Shown here: positions 45,101-56,147 of the stretch, piece by piece
Layout of the letters: the number at the start of each line of letters is the position of its first letter
Numbering within the stretch: the first letter of the stretch is position 1
Origin: Zygnema circumcarinatum SAG 698-1b
Taxonomy: Eukaryota > Plantae > Zygnematophyceae
Reading direction: 5' to 3'
Length of the DNA: 64,000 bases
Assembly (NCBI GenBank): GCA_037447605.1
Contig: CM074823.1
Coordinates: forward strand, 1,426,001-1,490,000
Program-made: the position numbers and the translations under genes
Notes under the pieces: model-generated
Seen by the model: only the letters and a program-made list of their open reading frames with translations
Database searches by the model: none
What the model was told of the DNA's origin: nothing

Positions 45101-47919
45101 GAGGGGGAGGGAGGGGAGGGGGGAGGGTGGGGAGGGGGGAGGGAGGGGGGGAGGGAGGGGAGGGGAGGGAGGGGGAGGGAGGAGGGGGAGGGAGGGAGGG
45201 GGGGAGGGTGGGGAGGGGGAGGGAGGGGAGGGAGGGGGAGGGAGGAGGGGGGGGGAGGAGGAGGGGGAGGGTGAGAGGGAGGAGGAGAGGGGGGAGGGAG
45301 GAGAGGGGGGAGGGAGGGGAGGGGGGAGGGTGGGGAGGGGAGGGAGGAGGGGGAGGGAGGGAGGGAGGGAGGGGGGGAGAGGGAGGGAGGAGAGGGAGGG
45401 AGGAGAGGGGGAGGGAGGCAGGGGGGGAGGGGGGGAGGGAGGGGGAGGGAGGGGGGAGGGAGGGAGGTCTAGAAGGACAGCTTTTGGGGTGAGAGAATCA
45501 TGTTTGACTTTGTGGTTTAGGGTTTCAACGCAAGTCTGCACGGACATATTCGGCTAAAAGGTGTAAGTTTAGGATTTTAGTCTCCAAATTCAGGGTACAT
45601 GACTTCATGGTATGACTTAGCGGTATCTCATTAGCTAAAGGCTCCAATTCGGAGTGAGAACTGGGTCCAGGATATGAAAATGTTTGAGTTCGAGAAAAAA
45701 CCAACTCTTAAAACCGATGCCTTCCCCATCCCAAACACCAGAAACACAATTTCTTTCTTTTCATTTTCTCCTTTACTCATTACTTTTTTCTCTCTTGTCT
45801 CACTTGGCAAGAGCCTCCCTCTGCGCGGTGAGCTGCTTCATCCTCTCCTCCGCCGCCGCCCTCCTCCTCCTCCCTCCCTCCTGCACGGCCGCCCTCCTCG
45901 CCATGATCTGCGCCACCTTGCTCTCGTACAGCGCCGCCCTCCCCTCGAGCCGCGATTGGGCCGCCGTCCGCGCCATCTGCCGGGAGGCCTCGCACCGCGC
46001 GCGCCGCTGCCGGTCGAGGGCCTGCCGCTTCTCCCTGCACCGGGGGGGTAGGGTTTAGGGTTTAGGGTTTAGGGGGGTTAGGGTTTAGGGTTTAGGGTTT
46101 AGGGGTTAGGGGTTAGGGGTAAGGGGTTAGGGGTTAGGGTTAGGGTTTAGGGTTAGGATTTAGGGTTTAGGGTTTAGGGTTTGCAAGGGGCAGGTCAAGG
46201 GTTCGAGGCCTTGAGGCGGCTGCAGGCACAAAAGGTTTAGGGTTTGCAAGGGGCAGGTCAAGGGTTCGAGGCCTTGAGGCGGCTGCAGGCACAAAAGGTT
46301 TAGGGTTTGCAAGGGGCAGGTCAAGGGTTCGAGGCCTTGAGGCGGCTGCAGGCACAAAAGGTTTAGGGTTTGCAAGGGGCAGGTCAAGGGTTCGAGGCCT
46401 TGAGGCGGCTGCAGGCACAAAAGGTTTAGGGTTTGCAAGGGGCAGGTCAAGGGTTCGAGGCCTTGAGGCGGCTGCAGGCACAAAAGGTTTAGGGTTTGCA
46501 AGGGGCAGGTCAAGGGTTCGGCGGCTGCAGGCACAAAAGGTTTAGGGTTTGCAAGGGGCAGGTCAAGGGTTCGAGGCCTTGAGGCGGCTGCAGGCACAAA
46601 AGGTTTAGGGTTTGCAAGGGGCAGGTCAAGGGTTCGAGGCCTTGAGGCGGCTGCAGGCACAAAAGGTTTAGGGTTTGCAAGGGGCAGGTCAAGGGTTCGA
46701 GGCCTTGAGGCGGCTGCAGGCACAAAAGGTTTAGGGTTTGCAAGGGGCAGGTCAAGGGTTCGCAAGGGGCAGGTCAAGGGTTCGAGGCCTTGAGGCGGCT
46801 GCAGGCACAAAAGGTTTAAGGTTTGCAAGGGGCAGGTCAAGGGTTCGAGGCCTTGAGGCGGCTGCAGGCACAAAAGGTTTAGGGTTTGCAAGGGGCAGGT
46901 CAAGGGTTCGAGGCCTTGAGGCTGCTGCACGCACAAAAGCGCGTTTTCTCCCAAAGCGCGAAAGCAATACAGTGGAGAGTGCAGCGGGCTGAGGTCGCTC
47001 AGTACCTTTTCTTCTCGGCTGCCAAATGGCGCGCTTCGAGCCTCTGTGCCAGGTCAGCATCAGACGTGTTTGGGTGGGCGACGCACTGACGTGGCACCCC
47101 CCTATTGGACAACCACTCTCGGAACCGCTGTTATCCGCCAGAATACCCAAAATTTCATGAAGGAGTCAGGAGGTTTCCTGATTTGTGAACATGGCAAATA
47201 ATTTTGTCATTTTCGCCAAAGAAAATGAGGAAAAAAAAAAAAAACGCTTCCTTTCTATGAAAAACAGAAAGGGTTCAATAGAAGCAAAGTTGTCGTCAGA
47301 AAAAAATGAACGAACCTGTCGATGTGATGTTGTCTCCTCCAACTTCGCCTCGATGTCGTCGAATAAAGTGGTGCCATCTGTCCTTGGCTCCTGAATAAAG
47401 CAAAAAAGGAAAGTGAGACGAGAGACAGGGAGAGCAAGTCTAGACATCGACACCTTTAAAGAATAGGGTAGACTAGTGAGAGAGAGAGGTGGGGGGGGGA
47501 AGAGAGAGAGGAGGGGGTGGCAGAGGGAGGACACGAGAAATAGGGGTGGCAGAAAGAGGAGAGGGAGAGGGAGAGGGAGAGGGAGAGGAACAGGGACAGG
47601 GAGAGGGAGAGGGACAGGGACAGGGAGAGGGAGAGGGAGGGGGAGAGCGCAAAGGTCTGAAAGAGCACACCAGTAATCTTCGCCGCATCCTCCGTACGAT
47701 TGGCGACGGCGAACTTCCACTTTCATCTCCGGAAAGTGGAATGTCAAAAGCGACCGCCGAAAGGCCGCTTCCGCCGCCTTCCGCCAATGGCGAATGTTGG
47801 TTTCGATTCCGCGTTCCGCCTCTGGAAATTTCAATCGGAGCACTTTTTGAAATGCCCAAAATTTCACCGCCGTTCAGACCAATCTTTGAGGACTTGTCGT
47901 CTCCATTGGTTCCCGCCAT
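36107..47919 (-). CDS. T-complex protein 11 (TCP11) family protein
   Basis: Exons 47919-47671, 47390-47316, 47127-47006, 46034-45804, about 44560-44247 (acceptor unresolved), 42871-41890, 41387-41253, 40270-39242, 39088-38900, 38633-38394, 38260-37810, 37442-37250 (duplicate 37201-37009), 36716-36107. Motifs [55 protein letters not shown] and [28 protein letters not shown]. Confidence 0.88.
36973..37459. repeat. Tandem 241-bp duplication containing a complete 193-nt TCP11 exon
   Basis: Copies offset by 241 bp; no differences seen; each has its own AG acceptor and GTCAGT donor. Confidence 0.92.
41030..41240. repeat. Three-copy 72-76-bp intronic repeat with CCCTAAC motifs
   Basis: ACCTAT at 41035, 41111 and 41183, each followed by AAAAAAACCCTCGAACGAAA(A)CCCTAACCAA. 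Confidence 0.85.
43301..44250. repeat. Decamer satellite, 95 units in strict register (ACCCATGTTG / ACCCACCTTG / ACTCACGTTG variants)
   Basis: Units stay in 10-bp phase. A block of at least 160 bp recurs at 43561 and 43871 (310-bp offset). A degenerate extension runs to about 43020. Confidence 0.97.
44595..45465 (+). repeat. G/A polypurine tract (pyrimidine-rich on the TCP11 sense strand)
   Basis: About 870 bp of GGGA/GGAG variants directly upstream of the exon-5 acceptor region. Confidence 0.93.
46049..46180 (+). repeat. Degenerate telomere-type array (TTTAGGG / TTAGGG / TTAGGGG) in a TCP11 intron
   Basis: Direct reading; ends about 13 nt from the acceptor AG at 46036-46035. Confidence 0.93.
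46174..46935. repeat. 63-bp tandem satellite, about 12 copies
   Basis: Unit AGGGTTTGCAAGGGGCAGGTCAAGGGTTCGAGGCCTTGAGGCGGCTGCAGGCACAAAAGGTTT; two truncated units (about 46515 and about 46760). Confidence 0.96.
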
Positions 47920-48417
47920 CGGCCTTTATTTTAGATAGATTTTATCCTGGGCTAATTTTCTAAGGAAACGGTAAGCTTTCTATTCATGAATTTCTCTAGA
48001 ATTTTTGGGAAGTCGAGTGTCCGAAATCCAGATTTAAAGTTCTATCCAAAGCGTCACGCTTTGGGGATTCACCTGAAGAAAGGCACAGACATTGATTAAA
48101 AGAAGAAACAAAGTGTAAGTTATAAAAGAGGAGAAAATATATTGTCATGCATTGATAGTGGAAAGGAAGCAGATCACACATGAAAAAAAAAAGGGACAGC
48201 ATATGAGATGAATACCGAGGGTGGGAGAGGGAGGAAGATGTGGAGATAGAGGGAGAGGGAAAGGGCGTGGGGAGAGAGAGACAGAGCGGGCGGGGGGAAG
48301 CAAAAGAGAGCATGAGCAGAGAAAAAAAGTAAACAAGAGGGAGGGGTGATAGGAAGGAGGAAACTGAAAACGGGAGTGGAAGGAGCATGTGAGGACGCAG
48401 AAGTAGTGAGAGGGATG

Positions 48418-48448
<31 letters not shown>

Positions 48449-49616
48449 TAACAAAACGGAAGAGACATCCCAAGTGGGAATAGAGAAGCTTCAGTATACA
48501 TTTTAACAGGAACGTCAGAATTACAAAAAAAATACGTTAAAAATGAAACTGTTTCTTCAATAAACATACCAAAAAATAACATTACTACTAAAGAAAAAGT
48601 GCAATCGATATCAAAACGAGAGAGAGGTTTGCGAGGTTTGAAACTTTTAGAACAGAAAGAAGCTGGCAGTCTTGGCTGACAGTTGGCCACCAAAAAGCAT
48701 AGCATACGAACATTTTCATTGTTTACGCNNNNNNNNNNATAGGGGTGGCAGAAAGAGGAGAGGGAGAGGGAGAGGGAGAGGGAGAGGAACAGGGACAGGG
48801 AGAGGGAGAGGGACAGGGACAGGGAGAGGGAGAGGGAGGGGGAGAGCGCAAAGGTCTGAAAGAGCACACCAGTAATCTTCGCCGCATCCTCCGTACGATT
48901 GGCGACGGCGAACTTCCACTTTCATCTCCGGAAAGTGGAATGTCAAAAGCGACCGCCGAAAGGCCGCTTCCGCCGCCTTCCGCCAATGGCGAATGTTGGT
49001 TTCGATTCCGCGTTCCGCCTCTGGAAATTTCAATCGGAGCACTTTTTGAAATGCCCAAAATTTCACCGCCGTTCAGACCAATCTTTGAGGACTTGTCGTC
49101 TCCATTGGTTCCCGCCATCGGCCTTTATTTTAGATAGATTTTATCCTGGGCTAATTTTCTAAGGAAACGGTAAGCTTTCTATTCATGAATTTCTCTAGAA
49201 TTTTTGGGAAGTCGAGTGTCCGAAATCCAGATTTAAAGTTCTATCCAAAGCGTCACGCTTTGGGGATTCACCTGAAGAAAGGCACAGACATTGATTAAAA
49301 GAAGAAACAAAGTGTAAGTTATAAAAGAGGAGAAAATATATTGTCATGCATTGATAGTGGAAAGGAAGCAGATCACACATGAAAAAAAAAAGGGACAGCA
49401 TATGAGATGAATACCGAGGGTGGGAGAGGGAGGAAGATGTGGAGATAGAGGGAGAGGGAAAGGGCGTGGGGAGAGAGAGACAGAGCGGGCGGGGGGAAGC
49501 AAAAGAGAGCATGAGCAGAGAAAAAAAGTAAACAAGAGGGAGGGGTGATAGGAAGGAGGAAACTGAAAACGGGAGTGGAAGGAGCATGTGAGGACGCAGA
49601 AGTAGTGAGAGGGATG

Positions 49617-49647
<31 letters not shown>

Positions 49648-49927
49648 TAACAAAACGGAAGAGACATCCCAAGTGGGAATAGAGAAGCTTCAGTATACAT
49701 TTTAACAGGAACGTCAGAATTACAAAAAAAATACGTTAAAAATGAAACTGTTTCTTCAATAAACATACCAAAAAATAACATTACTACTAAAGAAAAAGTG
49801 CAATCGATATCAAAACGAGAGAGAGGTTTGCGAGGTTTGAAACTTTTAGAACAGAAAGAAGCTGGCAGTCTTGGCTGACAGTTGGCCACCAAAAAGCATA
49901 GCATACGAACATTTTCATTGTTTACGC
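47540..49927. other. 1189-bp direct duplication flanking a 10-N gap (48729-48738), probably a contig-overlap artefact; duplicates TCP11 exon 1
   Basis: 47540-48728 is repeated at 48739-49927 (offset 1199), and the two copies meet exactly at the gap. Confidence 0.9.
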
Positions 49928-50568
49928 ATGGCCCCTCTTCCAAATGCACTCAAATACGATATGGACCCAACAATTCACAGTTTCCTTAAAAAGAAATTGC
50001 AAATTTTCAAAGTTATGCTTCGCACGCGCTTATTCATCTGCAATTCAAGCTCTCTCCCTCTCTCCCTCCCCGCTCCTCTCTCTCTCTCCTTCCCTCCCTG
50101 CTTGCTTGCCTGCTTGCTTGGCCTGCTGCTCCCTGCTCTCCCCGTTGGCCAATTGCACACTCTCCTCTCTTCTCATCACACACCACTCTCTCACTTCTCT
50201 CCCTCACCCCCTCCCTCCCTCCCTCCCTCCCTCTCTCCCTTCCCTTGGTCAATTGCATCCTCTCCTTTCCCAATCCTCTCAATCACACATCACTCTTACC
50301 GTTCGACTCCCTCTCCCCTCTCTCTCAATCCTCTACTTTCCTTTTTCTAGTCATCTTTACTTCCTCTCTTTCCTATTAGTCCCTCACCCTCCACCTCCAG
50401 CTGTCTCTTCACTCCCTCTCCTCCTTCCAACCCAACTCTCTTTCACACGTCCTTTCCATGGGCCCTCTCTCCCTCTCCCTCTCTTCCCCTCTCACACCCT
50501 TCCCCCCCCTTTTCCTCTCCCTTAAGCCCTCCAAGACTGGCAGGCTTACAAGCAGCCTCCCAGGTGGC

Positions 50569-50791
50569 GCCACGTAGTACCACAGCAGCACGCCACGTGG
50601 CTCCTCGCCCCACTCCCAGCCCGCCAGCTAGCAGGCCCCCCAAAAGCGCAGGCCCAACCGCCACCCGCCAGCGCCTCGTCTCGTTATAAGGAGCCCCGGG
50701 GGTTGGGCGGCACGTGCGAGTGCGCCCTCTGATTGGCTATTCTGAGAATGCGATGGCCACTTCCTATTGGCCAGAGATTCTACCACACGTG
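50569..50791. promoter_or_regulatory. G-box/ABRE-like and CCAAT cluster upstream of TCP11
   Basis: GCCACGTAG 50569, GCCACGTGGC 50592, CACGTG 50711 and 50786; ATTGG at about 50732 and 50766. Confidence 0.45.
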
Positions 50792-51573
50792 AGCTTGTGC
50801 GCTCATTTGTCGTCCGAGAAACTTGTTTGTACAAGTGTAAAGACGATCAGCGATTGGGTGGGAGTACTCAAAATACGTGCGACGATTGACCTCCATTGGT
50901 CCCCGAGGACGTGCGACCACTGTGCGACTGCGCGAGCCTGTCGCCTGTGCGACGACCTGCGACAGGTTTTCTCGAACAATGTGAACGCTCTACCACCCGC
51001 CGTCGTTGCAGTGTGAACACTCCAAATGCCTCCAAAAAATTTGGCCCTCAATTTTGAAGCAAACGGGCAGCAAACGGCGATGGATTGGGTTTGTTGCCAA
51101 GTGTCATGTCATGTCACGTCACGTCACGTCATGCCATGTCATGTCACGTCACGGAAGGCAAAACAAGTGCGATCGGGATAAATGTCGTCCTGACACATGT
51201 GAGAACGCTTCCCGACGAGACAAATCCTATCCTGATCCATGTGTGAACACCCATTATTTTCTACCGTTAGGAAATCTGATCTACAGTTGCCGGCCGGCGG
51301 ATTGTCTGCCGGCCGGCACGATCCCCCGCCTGACCGGCGCTGGTGGTGGTGCTTTCGCGAAGCCGCGGTTCTAGTCGAGCCCTGAATCAACAAAAAGTCA
51401 AACGCAATTCTGCACTTCGAGATCCTAACCCTAAAAAAAAAAAATTACCACAAATTCAGGCATCCCGACACGGTCCAATGCCGGTCCGTCCTGATTCAAT
51501 TCTCGCTCGCCCAACTTTCCCTTCGACCATGTCTAACCTCGCCCCAACTTCCAAGGGCCGCCCCACGAAGTTG

Positions 51574-54500
51574 CTAGCGCGGGTTGCACATGATGTTGAG
51601 CAGAATGTTGCAATGCATCGCCAGAGACTCCCTCCCATAGTGCACGCCGGCGCCGCCCTTGGCCACGAGGTCCTGGCGGCTCCTCGTGGTTTGGTAGAAG
51701 TCCGCCGTCGTGATGCCCCCCGCCTCGCGGAACTTGCGGTAGGCGTAGTCCTGAAAGCGCTCGTGGAGGCCCTTCACGGTCTCGTACGCCTCGTTCATTA
51801 CTTTGCCTGCGCGACGGACGGCCCCGCCGCCACGGGCTCAATCCTAAAACCCTAAACCCTAAAACCCTAAAACCCTAGAAACCCTAGAAGCCCTAAAAAC
51901 CCGAAAAACCCGAAAAACCCTAAAAATCCTAAAAATCCTAAAATCCCTGAAAACCCTGAAAGCCCTAAAAACCCTAAAATCCCTCAAAACCCTAAAACCC
52001 TAAAACCCCTAAAAACCCTAAAAACCCTAAAAACCAAAATAATTCAAGAAAAGGGAAGATTCAAAGCAATGTTGAGGTGCAGTACCTGGCCAGATGTAGT
52101 GCGCTTTCCACCATATGAGCATCCCTGTCTTGTAGGTCTCCTTCAGCTTCGCAATGAACCTGTCGGTGTCCTCTTTAAAGTGGTCGAAGTTCATCTCCGC
52201 CCGCGGCTGCCCCGCCCACCCGATCACCTCGTGCGCGCCGATGCTCGCGATCAGGAAGTCGGGAGCAGCCGCGTTGGGCAGTGTCAGGTTGTCCAAAAAG
52301 TCATTATTCATATCCGATGAATTCTGCACCCAAAAAAACAGGTCACGTACATCAAATCATCTTCATTCTACAACTGTTACATCCATCCAATTCTCATTCC
52401 ATACACGAGATACAAAGCCCACAAACCCTAACAACCCTCACAGTCTGAGTCAAACCCATAGCCTCTACACACCATTGCCAACTCATACGACCCCCCCACA
52501 ACTCAGTGATTCCCAAAGTCCCCCCACAATCAGTGCCAACCAAACCAAACCTTGCTTCTCCACATGCGGCCGCGAAACAAGTAAGTAATGCGAATGAGCT
52601 TGCTCCTCCTCCTCCTGCGAGGGTTCAGGGCCCCCTCGCGGCTAGTGTCCAAGAGAGCCGTACGGTTTTTGTCGCCCGCCCAGCTGCGCCGCCTAACGCC
52701 GGCCATGCCCGCGAGCTGATTGGCCATCAGACGGGAGGTGGAATCGCCGTAGAAGTGGACCCACTTGCCCTCCAGACACCGGTGGATGTCCTGCGAGGTG
52801 TACGGCCTGCGGGAGAGGGGGGGAGGGTGATGGTGTGAGGGAAGGGGGAGAGGAGGGGGAGGGGGAGGGAGGGAAGGGGGGGAGGGTGATGGTGTGAGGG
52901 AAGGGGGAGAGGAGGGGGAGGGGGAGGGAGGGAAGGGGGGGAGGGTGATGGTGTGAGGGAGGGGGGAGAGGAGGGGGAGGGGGAGGGAGGGAAGGGGGGG
53001 AGGGTGATGGTGTGAGGGAGGGGGGGAGAGGAGGGGGAGGGGGAGGAGGGAAGGGGCGGAGGGTGATGGTGTGAGGGAGGGGGGGAGAGGAGGGGATGGT
53101 GTGAGGGAGGGAAGGGGGGGAGGGTTCTGGTGTGAGGGAGGCGGAGAGAAGAGGGGGAGGGAGGGAAGGGGGGGAGGGTTCTGGTGTGAGGGAGGCGGAG
53201 AGAGGAGGGGGAGGGTTTTGGTGTGAGGGAGGCGGAGAGAGGAGGGGGAGGGTTTTGGTGTGAGGGAGGCGGAGAGAGGAGGGGGAGGGTTTTGGTGTGA
53301 GGGAGGCGGAGAGAGGGGGGGAAGGGTTTTGGTGTGAGGGAGGCGGAGAGAGGAGGGGGAGGGTTTTGTGTGAGGGAGGCGGAGAGAGGAGGGGGAGGGT
53401 TTTGGTGTGAGGGAGGCGGAGAGAGGAGGGGGAGGGTTTTGGTGTGAGGGAGGCGGAGAGAGGAGGGGGAGGGTTTTGGTGTGAGGGAGGCGGAGAGAGA
53501 AGGGGGAGGGTTTTGGTGTGAGGGAGGCGGAGAGAGAAGGGGGAGGGAGTGAAGGGGGGGAGGGGGTAGGGAAAGTCTGGAAGCGTGAGTGGGGAACAAA
53601 GTGACACAGAAGGGAATCGACAGAGAGAGAAAGCACGGGGGAGTGAATCGCGAGGGGGGGAGAAGGAGAAGGGAGAAGTGGGAAGGGGGAAGCGAGGAGT
53701 GGAGAGAGAAGGCAGCGGAGTTGAGGAGTGTACTGGAGCGAGAGGGACATGGGAAGAAGGGGAAAGGGTGAGGGAGAAAGGTAGTTTGCAGGAAGGGACA
53801 GTCAAACGGGGGGAGTAGGATAAGCGGGGGAGCGTGTAGATTGGGACAAGCAGGGGGGGAGGGCGAAGTGGAGAGGGGAATGATGGAGGCAGAAAGAAAT
53901 GGACGGGAGGGAAAGAGAACACTGAGCGGGAATGACAGTAAGCGAGAGAGGGGAACATAAAGCGCGAGAGGGAGAATGGGGAGAAGCAAAAAGGTTAGAA
54001 GGGGCGAGAGAGGAAAAGGGAGAAGGAGAAAAAAGAAATAGAGCAAGAGAAGAGAGGGAGAGGGAGCGCAAGAAGGAGAGGTATCATCGAAAAATTAACT
54101 GTATGAGGGAGAGTATATTTAAGAGGGAGGGAAAGTACGAGAGGGCGACGGAGAGGAATTATTTCGAGCTTGATGGAACAAAGCTAATTAAGGGAGCCAG
54201 TCTGAAAGTGAAAGGATGGGTGAGAATAGGCACGGCTGGGAGAGAGAACCAGATTTGAAGGGAGCGACAAACGAGAATGAGAGAGAGAAGGAGAGAGAGA
54301 GATCGTTCACAGTTGTACTTACTTGTATGTGCAGTCGTCCGCCTCCCATGTGCTATAATCTACCCATCTGCCCGGGGAGTCGCCGTCTAAGCAGAGAGGC
54401 TTTTCCCATGCACTGTCAGCTCCTCCATCGACCATGCTTCTCCTTGATTGGTCAGAACCAACTGACAAAATTTGCCGTCTCGTGACGCCTTCCGATGACG

Positions 54501-54891
54501 CAGATATCGCTTCCTAAATTAGGGCAAAACAAATTTCTTGAAAAGATAAGTGAACCACTGCATGCGCCTAAGATCTCTACTGTATAAATGTATAGAATAA
54601 GCAGCAAAACCATACAAGCCAAACAGAACCCGAACCAAAATAAACACAAGCGGTCTCGTCTCAAATTGATTTCAGCTCATTTTTTTCAGAAATGGAATGT
54701 ACCTCCTGTCGAATATTGAATGCTGAAGCTCCAGACCTTGGATTTTCATTAACGAGAAAGACTGCCAAACAGAGAAAGAGCACACGGGTCCGGGGACTAT
54801 CCACGTGGCCCGACCCTACTGGTCGATGGATCACTCGCTTGTTGCTCTGTTGACGACGGCTGAGGAGGGACCAGCTCATGGAACAGTCCAT
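51574..54891 (-). CDS. SGNH-fold PC-esterase / TBL-like polysaccharide O-acetyltransferase or esterase (about 368 aa)
   Basis: Exons 54891-54703 (tentative), 54513-54323, 52806-52551, 52323-52086, 51806-51574. CLDGDSPGRWV..WEADDCTYKPY..IHRCLEGKWVHFYGDSTSR (GDS motif), IGAHE, and ADFYQTT..GVHY..NILLNIMC. Confidence 0.78.
51845..52035 (+). repeat. Degenerate CCCTAAA(A) telomere-like tract in an intron
   Basis: More than 20 variants of AAACCCTAA. Confidence 0.88.
52820..53535 (+). repeat. Intronic minisatellite with 59-bp then 37-bp units
   Basis: GTGTGAG at 52833, 52892 and 52951 (59 bp), then e.g. 53221 and 53258 (37 bp). Confidence 0.88.
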
Positions 54892-55211
54892 GGCGGCCTT
54901 CTCCCCTCCCTCTACACTCACTCTTTTCCTCCTCTCTCCGCCCTCCCCCTCCCTTCCTCCCTCTTTCCTCTCACATTAATCCTGAACTCTCGACTCCCTC
55001 CCCCTTCCCACTCTACTCTCCTCTCGCCTCTTCGCCCATCTTTCTCCCCCTCTCCCTCCCCCTCTCCCTCCCACTCACTCTCTCCTCTCCCTCTCCCTCT
55101 CCCTCTCCCCTCCTCCCTCTCCCTCTCCCCTCCTCCCTCTCCCTCTCCCTCTCCCTCTCCCTCTCCCTCTCCCTCTCCCCTCCCTCTCCCTCCCTCTGCC
55201 CCCTCGATCTG

Positions 55212-55363
55212 GCCACGTAAGCGCGCTGGGGCGCTGTACGGCCGGTCCCCGCCTCCCCCGAGCACCGCCGCGCGGGGGCGGTCGGTCAGCGCCCCCCGCG
55301 GCCGCGATCCGCCCCGTGCTCGGCCAATCGCAGCCCGCCACGTTAGCGAGGATGCCACGTGGC
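55212..55363. promoter_or_regulatory. G-box/ABRE plus CCAAT cluster upstream of the SGNH gene
   Basis: GCCACGT 55212 and 55337, GCCACGTGGC 55354, CCAAT 55324. Confidence 0.45.
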
Positions 55364-55693
55364 GTATTTCGCTCGCGTGGCGAGCACGGGCGCGTTTGGA
55401 CGGACGGGGCGGCGTAAGCAGAAAAAAACCCTAAAATGAGGAAACGAGGGGGAGAAAGGAGCGCATGGAGCCGCGGATCGACGCATGGACATGGAGATGG
55501 GTGGGTCTCTTGAACATGGCATGGCCATGAAATTTAGGGTTTCTGGCCTGCATCCCTCAACACTTTCGCGTAAAGCAGGACACTTTTGAAACCATTGCTT
55601 AATATCGTCGGACATCATGTAACTTCGTAGCAGTGTACCATCCATATGTTGCACAACGCGCATTTGAACTTCCACACAAGCAAAAGATGCAGT

Positions 55694-55915
55694 GGGGATG
55701 TGGCATTGATCTCGCGATGGCGATGATGCCATCAAATGTACATGGCCAAAATCAGCATCATGGGAAACCACGAAGAACTGGTCGCAACGGCACATGCCAT
55801 CATATGGCATGTACATGGCATGCACTGGGGTGTGGCATTGATCTCACGATGGCGATGATGCGATCAAATGTACATGGTCAAAATCAGAATCATGGGGAAC
55901 CACGAGGAACTGGTC
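55694..55915. repeat. Two diverged direct repeats of about 90 bp
   Basis: 55694-55783 and 55827-55915: TGTGGCATTGATCTC(G/A)CGATGGCGATGATG..AACCACGA(A/G)GAACTGGTC. Confidence 0.85.
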
Positions 55916-56147
55916 AAAAAGAAAGCAATGCGCTTCGTCATGTTGTATGCAAACTTTTCTACACCCATGAGCAATACTCATCGCTGCACAAAATCGTGCA
56001 ACTCTGAGCATAACAACTTCCTAGCGCAACAACATGTTTTAAGCATCGCATAACTAGCCGAGATTTTGATCTTGATTTGTTAAACATAACATTAAGAAAA
56101 AAAAATGCTAACTATTAATCAAAGTTTCTATGACCTAGCAAAAAACC

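Noticed and set aside
46160-46954. 63-bp array as a CRISPR array, a tRNA cluster or a 264-aa protein
   Set aside because: No unique spacers or cas genes, no cloverleaf beyond a T-arm-like hairpin, and the ORF is the repeat unit itself.
48739-49927. Second copy of TCP11 exon 1 and its promoter as a real duplication
   Set aside because: The two copies appear identical and meet exactly at a 10-N gap, which is typical of unmerged contig overlap.
54452-54664. Hydrophobic ORF (CLFWFGFCLACMVLLLILYIY) as the SGNH membrane anchor
   Set aside because: It is preceded by an in-frame stop and I found no convincing donor/acceptor pair linking it. Left unresolved.
55343-56053. ORFs between the SGNH promoter and core-2 A
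   Set aside because: No recognisable domain or splice-consistent model; the region is CATG-rich with a local repeat.
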